This document shows positions 1-7,956 of a stretch of DNA of 8,120 nucleotides, in pieces. The stretch lies in NCBI RefSeq assembly GCF_000150275.1, contig NW_002061192.1, positions 1-8,120 on the forward strand, given 5' to 3'. The stretch's first letter is position 1; every line of letters starts with the position of its first letter. The position numbers were made by a program, and so were the translations under genes. The notes beneath the pieces were generated by a model, which saw only the letters and a program-made list of their open reading frames with translations, did no database searches and was not told where the DNA came from. The stretch comes from Trichoplax adhaerens. Lineage: Eukaryota; Animalia; Placozoa.

Positions 1-7
1 AATTTAC

Positions 8-295
8 CGTATAGGATTGGATTGTAAAGTTAAGAGGGTTTGTTTGGCTTGTACTATTCATAACTTCACCAATAGAAAATGACACATTTTGACTCCTTTC
101 CCAATACTTGGTTGTAAAGCTACCAATAGTACAAGGATCGGTTGAAGTTTGGGTGTTTAGACAAATAATAAAGTAATATTCACAGGCAGAAAAATCGTCA
201 CATTTGCCTCCATTATAATTTCGTTCGTCCGGGTTCCAGTAATGATCAAATTGTAAAGTAAATTCAGCATGGCTAGTAGCAGAACAAGCGCTAGC
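8..295 (-). CDS. Coding exon 2 of a Delta/Serrate/Jagged-like protein, N-terminal C2 (MNNL) domain: ASACSATSHAEFTLQFDHYWNPDERNYNGGKCDDFSACEYYFIICLNTQTSTDPCTIGSFTTKYWERSQNVSFSIGEVMNSTSQTNPLNFTIQSYT (gene continues beyond the left edge)
   Basis: 288-nt stop-free frame bounded by an acceptor (tttag|GCT) and a donor (ACG|gtaaat). Motifs follow the MNNL pattern: F-x-L-x-F-x-x-Y-x-N; G-x-x-C...C-E-Y-Y-F-I-I-C-L (cf. Jagged CDTYFKVCL, Delta CRTFFRVCL); P-C-T-I-G-S-F-T-T (cf. Delta PCTYGSAVT); N-P-L-N-F (cf. NPIRF). Three N-glycosylation sequons (NVS, NST, NFT) fit an extracellular domain. Confidence 0.85.
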
Positions 296-613
296 CTAAA
301 TACATACAAAGATTATAAAATAGAATAGGGCGATGAACACATTCGTTCTACCATTTTTTTAATAGTGTTGTTAGATTGATTCTACAGCAATAGAAATATT
401 ATAACATTAAAAATAATTGTACTACTTCTACTTTCTACATATAATTTTATAGACTAGGAAAAACAGATAGCCCTGAAGTTTACTTTACATGATATAAATC
501 TAGCATCACTCCATTCGTGTATTATCCACAGAACAAGAAAAAAATTTTAAAAACAATATATTATCAGACCTATCAAAAATATCTTGTAGTCATTCCAAAC
601 TTATTCGACTTAC
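296..613 (-). other. Spliceosomal intron 1 (318 nt, phase 0) of the Notch-ligand-like gene
   Basis: Begins GTAAGT at 613 and ends ...tctttgtatgtatttAG at 296 on the minus strand. Its removal fuses the signal peptide to the MNNL-like exon in frame. Confidence 0.85.
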
Positions 614-667
614 CTCAACAGATATTGTAAAGGCTAAAAGAAGCAGTAGTGCAAGCAAAACTTTCAT
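614..667 (-). CDS. Coding exon 1 (signal peptide) of a Notch-ligand-like (C2/MNNL-domain) protein: MKVLLALLLLLAFTISVE
   Basis: Minus strand reads caacc-ATG AAA GTT TTG CTT GCA CTA CTG CTT CTT TTA GCC TTT ACA ATA TCT GTT GAG|gtaagt. It has a Kozak-like context (A at -3), a basic residue followed by a Leu-rich hydrophobic core, and a consensus donor AG|GTAAGT in phase 0 that joins in frame to the 8-295 exon. Confidence 0.9.
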
Positions 668-3339
668 GGTTGGAGTGCAGATAACTGTTTCGATTAAGTA
701 CAATAAAATCAGCTATAAAATTGCTTTCAATGATGTAGTCTTTACTAGTAGCCATAAGTGGCAGCCGCCAACTTGAGTATAACCCGTAAATTAACCAGAC
801 ACGTTTCTTCTCCAATTAATAGCGAGGTATAAAAAACAGAGGCTTTCACCTATAATATCGAACCAAATTAATAACTATGCTATAAAATATAATAGCGGTA
901 AAATTAAATCAACAATTTCTAAGTTATTCATTAGTTAATTTAGGCGAGAAGAAATATTATCGATCGCTATCGGTAAGCTATTTGCCATCGCTATTTCTAT
1001 AAATCTCTCAAACATTTAGCTTTAGGGTGTGACGAAAGTTTACCCATGAGTGACAGAGTGATTAAGTCAACAAATAATAAAATAGATTCAGTATGATCGA
1101 GAATCTGTAACGAACATATTAAGCGAAGTACAGAAATTTTTCACTGGCGAAGTAATAAATGGTTATAAAAGTTGAATTTAATCCTATAATTTAAGAATAT
1201 TAGGTAGGCAGTCTTATTAGAACGTTACTGAATAATCATTCAAGGCTATTTCGTAACGAAGGAATATTTAATTTATAACTAAAAGCCAGGCTCAAATTCG
1301 ATGTTTACTCAAATATGCCACTAAGATGACGGCAAAATCAAGAACTTGGGGTCGTATTAACTTTAAATCAAAGTAACTATTACATGATTATTTAGGATCT
1401 AACACCCATCACCTTAAAGATAAATGACATCTATAGGATTTTCTATTTCTGCAATTGACCAGTTTATAAGTTTACAAGTTAAATATGGCATTAACTGCGT
1501 CATTATAGTTAACTTAAGGCGAGGATGAGAAATAATCAGTTTATGTCTGGACAGCATACGAGTTGTAGATTTGAATCTGACGTCTACTTCGATAGCAACT
1601 GTAATCAAGTGTCGGTAACGATCAGACCAATAAAGTAAGACTATAGCGGTGATTTTCTAAGTATACTTGGCTGATTCTAGAGATATCAAATAGACTGATG
1701 CTGTTATTTCTATCTTGGTACGTAGTGTTAATTAAAGTACGGGAGCATCATAAAACTGTAAGCCGGCTACAACATTTCATATAGTTAGACTATAAACTTC
1801 ATTATAAGAGTGTTCAGTAAATGTATCATGGCTTTAAAATAATAACTCTGTAGGTTTAGTTAAAGACCCGATGATATAGATCTATTCACGCTAAAAGACT
1901 CTATATCTACTAGCAACGCTATCAAATCAATCTCTCTCTAGAAGCTTGACCGTTTAATACAAACAAAGCTAATATCGGATAGTAACATCAAGATCTAATC
2001 ATGTTTAAATAGGAAGTTTAGTACATTGTTTATAATTTATTATCGAAACTGGAAACAAAATTTTAGAATACAATTATTTAAACTACCTTGAAATAAGATT
2101 AGAATGTGATAGAATTTAAGCAGAAATAGCAATTAATACAACCACCTGTTTTGACTGATATTGTGAGTGGGTTTAAATTAAGTTTCACAATCTAATTCAA
2201 GTTATTGAAATAACTTAAAGATTTACTTAATTAAACTTATGATCAAATTAAATTGAGCTTTTAAGTGCCGCCATTTTAGTCATCTTTAAGAAGGCATTTC
2301 CTCTACACCTAACTTGACCATGATAACTTCAAGAATAGTAATTAAAACTTACCAGGAACTTCTTGATTGATGAACGGAAAAATATGATCGAGATTTGAGA
2401 GCTGTACACTCTCTTGAATAATAATAATATATGAAATAAGCTTTAGGTAACTACTTCCGATTATAGCTTTGCTTACTGAAATGTTCAGTTGATCTCATTG
2501 ATAACGAGTGAAATAATGCAATTCATCTAGATCGTATGCTAGATCGAAATATCTACAACTATGATTATATCTTAGCTTAAATGTAGATAGTTTTCTAAGG
2601 ATACTATGAAATCAATTTAGATAGAGTTTATCATAGTAATTGTATAATAGTATGACGAACCCAGACAATAATAATTATAAGTAGAAGTGGCGCTAAGAAT
2701 TCTACATTACCCTCTCTTAGCGTAGGATTAGACAATAACAAAATACATAATTCATGATCATTATAGAAACAATTGAAGTGATTTCCATATTAATAATCCG
2801 ATTGGAAAGCTTACCTAATAATAGATTAGTGTCAAGCTAATATATAAGTTTATCGTTTGTTTATTTCATATTAAACTATACATACAATTCTATACTTTTA
2901 TTGATATATGAGTAGGGCTTACAACTCGACCCTATTACGGCATGACTTTTGTAGAGTCTACGCCCATATTCTGACGAAAGAATCTCTTTCTGTTGCTAAG
3001 CAACGGTTAATTTCCAACACCTAGACTTTTATGGCATGATATTCTCTCATTTGTGGTAATGATAAGCCATATTATATTCTTTCTTCCTGAACTAATTGTC
3101 ATATAATAGGCATCTATTTATTAACTCAATGCATTGGGGTGACAGCAATGAATTAAATCACTAGATTTAATCTAGAAGCTACTTGATTACTAGAATATTA
3201 ACATCAAGATGGTTGATTAATCTTTTAGAAAGGAGATTTATTGTGGGCTTTGGTCCAGACATCAGCGAAAGTAAGATTACAATGTACTATTAATGACTAC
3301 ACGTATTTTCCAATCAGTTTCCATACCGTACGTCATTAT

Positions 3340-3725
3340 ATAATGGTAATCATATTTTAATTACACAGTACGCAATATATTGTGTAAAGTATTAAAGTAG
3401 GTAAATCAGTTCCCTCTACCGTTATTGGGTAAAAGTTAAAAGCTCTGTACACAAGTTTTACGTCAAGACTATACGACACACTAATAGCTCTTATTTAATT
3501 ACACCATACAGTATGCTATACACTGATTAAAATAGGTGCTATTTCATAGATTGCTTATAATCCGATACGGTAGGATTAAAATTAGCTTTTGTACACGTAC
3601 TTGAAATTTATCACCGTAATGATCTTATTTTATTAAAGGAGTAACCGTATACCACACCATAGGCCTTGTGTAAAGTATGCGTAGGGAATCGCTTTTGGTA
3701 AGATGTAACCGGAATTAAAAGCTCT
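3340..3725. repeat. Highly decayed tandem repeat, about 3 copies of a ~140-bp unit
   Basis: Shared words recur in colinear order at ~140 or ~280 bp spacing: TTTAATTACAC (3356, 3494), TTGTGTAAAGTAT (3380, 3666), TTAAAAGCTCT (3436, 3715), TGTACAC (3446, 3590), TCTTATTT (3489, 3623), ACACCATA (3501, 3654). Confidence 0.55.
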
Positions 3726-3740
3726 AAACATATATATATC

Positions 3741-3892
3741 TATTGCGACAATTATTACTACAATTATTGCTAATTATTTTTATAATTATTGCCTTAATTA
3801 TGGCTACAATTGTTGCTACCGCTATCGCCAAAGCTGTTACTAATTTTTGCTAGAATTATTTCTACAATTATTCCCAGCGCTATTACTAATAG
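3741..3892. repeat. Degenerate 12-bp minisatellite, about 13 units, consensus ~TATTGCTACAAT
   Basis: Units read tattgcgacaat, tattactacaat, tattgctaat, tatttttataat, tattgccttaat, tatggctacaat, tgttgctaccgc, tatcgccaaagc, tgttactaat, ttttgctagaat, tatttctacaat, tattcccagcgc, tattactaatag. Confidence 0.8.
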
Positions 3893-3894
3893 TA

Positions 3895-3912
3895 ATATAT
3901 ATATATATATAT
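3895..3912. repeat. (AT)9 microsatellite; a shorter (AT)5 lies at 3730-3739
   Basis: Directly visible dinucleotide runs on both sides of the minisatellite. Confidence 0.9.
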
Positions 3913-4626
3913 GGAAGTAATAATTTTATTAATTGTTTACTAAAAATATCTTTAGTTCAATTAATTATAATTAACAATAACTAATGGTCCTTCGTTACTT
4001 TAAAATCTGGTACAAGCAGGAGCCTAGTTATAATTATAATAATATACAGGCTAATTACTATAGTCAATCTAAATAGCCTTAAAATAAATTGTCTATTAAT
4101 AGTATCGTATATTATCTTATTAATTGATGTCAAGAGTAAAGAAACTAGTGTAGTAAAAGGACTAAAAGTAGAGTCCTTTGTAGTTTTTAGTATGTAATTA
4201 GTATTATTTTACTATAGAAAATACCTAAAAAGTGATAGTGTCTTTAAGTTTTACCCTGCCAAATGATCATGTCGCCATCTTTTCTTCTTCATTATTTTAC
4301 AAGGTATTATATAGATTACTATAGAAGTAGCCCTATAGAGCAAATGCCTAATCTAAAGAAAGGGCGTTTGATCGTCTATTCAAATTGTAAAGAAATTTGA
4401 CTTAGTAGCAAAACCCTATCCTTAGAGAAAGGGGATTTATAACATGACGATAAAGTACTGTAATGTAGTCTATACTCGTACAGTTACAGTACAATCTGAC
4501 GCTAAAACATCAACTGTCAATACTCGCGAATACTAAGCGATACTAATGTCAGAAAAGTAGTCGTAGTAGTCATATAAATTTTTTTGATAAGCGATTACTG
4601 TGATCTTCATAAAAAGCGAATTTTTC

Positions 4627-4715
4627 CGGATTTGTGTCCGATATAGTTTTCGGATTCTGGGACCGGTCGGGTTTGTGTCCGATATAATTTTCCTGTTTTG
4701 GAACCGGTCGGGTTT
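4627..4715. repeat. 41-bp tandem repeat, ~2.2 copies, CpG-rich
   Basis: cggatttgtgtccgatatagttttcggattctgggaccggt (4627-4667), cgggtttgtgtccgatataattttcctgttttggaaccggt (4668-4708), cgggttt (4709-4715). Confidence 0.9.
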
Positions 4716-4877
4716 ATTTTTAATTTATGTCTGAATTATAATTTTTCTATTTAATTTTTGGATTTTTGTTCATGAAAAATATCGTAAGAGTTGATTTTTG
4801 AGATTTGGACTTTTTGTTATGAATTTGAAACTTTGGAATTTTATGACGTGACTTGAAGTCACATTAGGAGATTTAGG

Positions 4878-4999
4878 NNNNNNNNNNNNNNNNNNNNNNN
4901 NNNNNNNNNNNNNNNNNNNNNNNNNNNNNNNNNNNNNNNNNNNNNNNNNNNNNNNNNNNNNNNNNNNNNNNNNNNNNNNNNNNNNNNNNNNNNNNNNNN
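4878..4999. other. Assembly gap (122 N)
   Basis: Run of N. Confidence 1.
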
Positions 5000-5926
5000 G
5001 ATGTATTTTTATAGTTAGCTTGTTACTTTTATAATGTTTTGTAAGGGAATCGTAGGGTAAACTGTGTCTGAACTTTGAATGATTTTTGTTTTCTTAAATG
5101 GTGCAAAGTAGTTTTCTAAAACGGATCTTAAGAGCGATTGGTTAGCAAATGTTTAGTTTTAAATACCTCTGACGGCTCTACGAAGCCTATAAATGATAGT
5201 GCAATTAGAAAATTTAGAGAGAGAGTAGAAGAAGATTTTATTTGAAGAACTTGTTGAATTTAAAAGACCTTCGGGGTCGAATTGTCGTAAGTTAAAACGT
5301 TCTTCTTTTTGAAAGGTTGTTTGGTCGTTGACAGTTTTTAAGTCTGTCATTTATTTTAATAATACTTAAAGCTAAGTATTTGTGCGGTTGTTCGGTTTAT
5401 ACTTCTCTCCATTTTTGTTTTGAAATAAATTGTTCGGTTATTTCCCCAAATTTTATTTGGTGTCAAAGTATTAGCGTTAAGTCGACCGGAGTGCAACGAA
5501 AGTAGAATCAAAGTTTGTTAAAGTTTCGTAGCTTGATCTCTACACTTTTCATTTCATTACACTAGCATTTTCCAGGAAGTCAAAATTAATAGGATCTCAT
5601 ACGTATATCTAGAATGCAAGAACGATAATGCAGTATTCTTATTCCTGTAGTAGCAATTACAGCATTTAGCAAACAATAATACTAACGGTTACTTTAATTC
5701 TATATTGGTAAATTTTTGATGTAATTTTTATTATGAAATTATACACGCTATGTAATATGTCTCTAAGGATCTTGCATTATGTAAGATCTAACATTGAATA
5801 TACATTCTAACATTAAAAAACTGGTATTAACCAGGTGAAAGAATTTTTGTGCTTAGGCTTTATTATTGTCAGAAAAAATTGTAACGTATCTAAGGTTACT
5901 CGCTGTATCATAGTTGACAGATAATC

Positions 5927-7563
5927 TTAGAAGCTCCATTCATAACCTTTGCTTGATAGTTCACCAAAGACCTGATTAACGTCTAAAGAATCTACGATAT
6001 AGAATTAGCTTGACAATTTGCCAAGATCGATCGAAAAGTCCCAGCAGCTCAATAAATTTTAGCAGATTTTCTCTTTGACTATCGACTTTTAGCTACACCC
6101 TGACAAGTTAATTCTTTAAAGGTGTTAAAAACAGAATAAGAATGTGATGGAGGGTTCGATATCTCAGAGGNNNNNNNNNNNNNNNNNNNNNNNNNNNNNN
6201 NNNNNNNNNNNNNNNNNNNNNNNNNNNNNNNNNNNNNNNNNNNNNNNNNNNNNNNNNNNNNNNNNNNNNNNNNNNNNNNNNNNNNNNNNNNNNNNNNNNN
6301 NNNNNNNNNNNNNNNNNNNNNNNNNNNNNNNNNNNNNNNNNNNNNNNNNNNNNNNNNNNNNNNNNNNNNNNNNNNNNNNNNNNNNNNNNNNNNNNNNNNN
6401 NNNNNNNNNNNNNNNNNNNNNNNNNNNNNNNNNNNNNNNNNNNNNNNNNNNNNNNNNNNNNNNNNNNNNNNNNNNNNNNNNNNNNNNNNNNNCCCTCTTT
6501 ACGCTCAGATTTGTACACCTTATATACTTTTCTCTGAATCTATTNAAGGCAATAACATCGTCTACAATCAGACATGAATCATCACTACATTTTACAGTAT
6601 TAATCAAACTGCTTACAATATTATTACTTTACCATTAATGTCCAACACCGTAAGGTATTGGGCATCTTTACAATCTTAGTATTTCAAGTCGTATAACGTC
6701 CTGTACCATAATTAGTTAACAGCTATATTAGTGAATAACACTTTCTAATATAGTAGTTACCAGTCACCTAAATCTAGCAGCACAAGAATATCTATTTTTA
6801 GAAACTTAACTATTCTAAATATAGTACACAACACAATCAAATATAGCTATCGCTACAAGCAAATATAGGGTGCATCTCTACAAGTATATTCTAAATACAC
6901 TACAAAGAATAAATACAAAATTGACATGATGATATGCGGAAAAGAAATACTCTTCATCATCATCACGGCAATTTCTAAACATAAATTAAAGCATACGATG
7001 AAAATCATCCATATAATTATAAGCTAAGGCGTTATGGATACTATTGGGTATCTAAAGCAGCTTAAAATATTACAATTTCCTGCAAAACGCAAAATTAGCT
7101 CTACAATATACTTAATCAATCACGATATCAGTTTAGAGGTGACGATTTGTTAAAGTCAGTAAATTTTTGTATACAGTAGTAAGTTTCATCTAGAAGTTAT
7201 TTTCCTTGACCAAAGCAATATATTGTTGATAATTGATTGATAATACTTTGATAATTGTAATAACTAAACATTGCGCCCGTTGTAACACTCTTTCTATAGA
7301 AAAGGCAGAAGAAAATTAAGTTTTATTTTCTGTCACTACGTGGTACTAATTATAATTGTTACTAATGTACCATCGTGATCCGATGGTGTTTCTCTAGATA
7401 ATTTTTAACTGTATCTTGATTTGATAAGGTCATAAGTAACATACAGTGCATCTGCCCCAACTACCCTTGCGACACAATAAAACAACACAGTACTTATAAT
7501 AAGCTTTACGTTAATCCGCAGAACTACTTCTCTAAACCTACGGTATAGTAACTGGAATCCTTG
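5927..7563 (-). pseudogene. Spliced F-box/leucine-rich-repeat (FBXL-like) pseudogene
   Basis: Manual minus-strand translation gives an F-box-like segment 7563-7371 (QGFQLLYRRFREVVLRINVKLIISTVLFYCVARVVGADALYVTYDLIKSRYS*KLSRETPSDHD). A 77-nt phase-1 GT-AG intron (7370-7294, strong polypyrimidine acceptor) joins it to ERVLQRAQCL.... Exons 6974-6951, 6814-6761, 6700-6633 and 6561 onward splice with compatible phases to NCRDDDEEIVKFLKIDILVLLDLGDWTLYDLKY*DCKDAQYLTVLDINDDVIA.... After the gap the frame gives HL*RINLSGCS (6124-6092), then ends ...GYEWSF* at 5927, with AATAAA at 5864-5859. Multiple in-frame stops are present. Confidence 0.55.
6171..6492. other. Assembly gap (322 N); single N at 6545
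   Basis: Run of N. The three 'ORFs' spanning it are artefacts of translating N. Confidence 1.
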
Positions 7564-7956
7564 CTAAGTACTAACTCGTTCAACGCAATATACAATATAA
7601 AACTATCACGCAACTTAGCCTTAACCTGAATCACTTTTTATTGATCACAGTCCTTCTTATATACTCTTTCAGTAGTTATAAACATATTTACTATGCTGCC
7701 AACATATTTTAATTACAAACGTGTTATTACGATTGAATTATCAAATGCGGATATTCGAGGTAATAAACAATTTCATACGTAAATCTACTTCGACTGTAAG
7801 CCGTGTCAAACTCCTGTGTTCTCAATATTTGTAACATATTACTATATCATCATAATATCATAATAGGTTATTACTAATAATAACAATTCCTAAAGTAGTA
7901 GTTCATACTTTTAAAAAGTTCAAAACAAAATGTTATCATAAACTACACGTCCATAT

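Larger units (their letters stand above)
4567..5525 (-). mobile_element. Possible decayed mobile-element or virus-derived insertion (unclassified)
   Basis: T/G-rich plus strand (A/C-rich minus strand), unlike the flanks. It contains the internal 41-bp repeat and an intronless ~110-codon minus frame (5350->5018) broken by two closely spaced TAA stops. TCGTAG occurs at both 4561-4566 and 5526-5531. No recognisable RT, integrase or transposase motif is visible. Confidence 0.3.

Noticed and set aside
615-815. Supplied 66-aa minus ORF (MEKKRVWL…)
   Set aside because: It overlaps the signal-peptide exon in a different frame and has no recognisable motif. The ATG at 667, with Kozak context and a consensus donor, explains the region better.
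680-840. Core promoter (TATA/Inr) for the ligand gene
   Set aside because: The clear TATAAAA words (714, 828) are on the plus strand. Minus-strand candidates are weak and indistinguishable from the AT-rich background.
1414-1608. Supplied 64-aa minus ORF
   Set aside because: Non-ATG start, no motif and no splice support; consistent with chance.
1525-1638. Plus-strand peptide MRNNQFMSGQHTSCRFESDVYFDSNCNQVSVTIRPIK, faintly like a DSL segment
   Set aside because: It is on the wrong strand and upstream of the ligand gene, and it lacks most of the conserved DSL cysteines and the YYG motif.
2353-3020. Minus-strand donor-like GTAAG sites near 2352, 2813 and 2921 as further exons
   Set aside because: The flanking segments are either closed in all frames or very short with no motif. 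They may be UTR exons but cannot be supported.
4627-4715. CRISPR-like interpretation of the 41-bp repeat
   Set aside because: Copies are head-to-tail with no unique spacers, there are only ~2 units, there are no cas genes, and the context is eukaryotic and spliced.
5458-5470. TGGTGTCAAAGTA as an LTR primer-binding site
   Set aside because: The match is short and imperfect, its orientation is opposite to the broken ORF, and no paired LTRs are visible.
6108-6638. Three long ORFs spanning the second gap
   Set aside because: Their length comes from translating N; only short flanks are real sequence.
5015-7563. Alternative genetic code (TAA/TAG = Gln) or fungal RIP as the explanation for in-frame stops
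   Set aside because: The intact ligand exons contain no TAA/TAG and use CAA for Gln. A TGA stop and probable frameshifts also occur, and an MNNL-type domain points to an animal. Ordinary pseudogene decay is sufficient.
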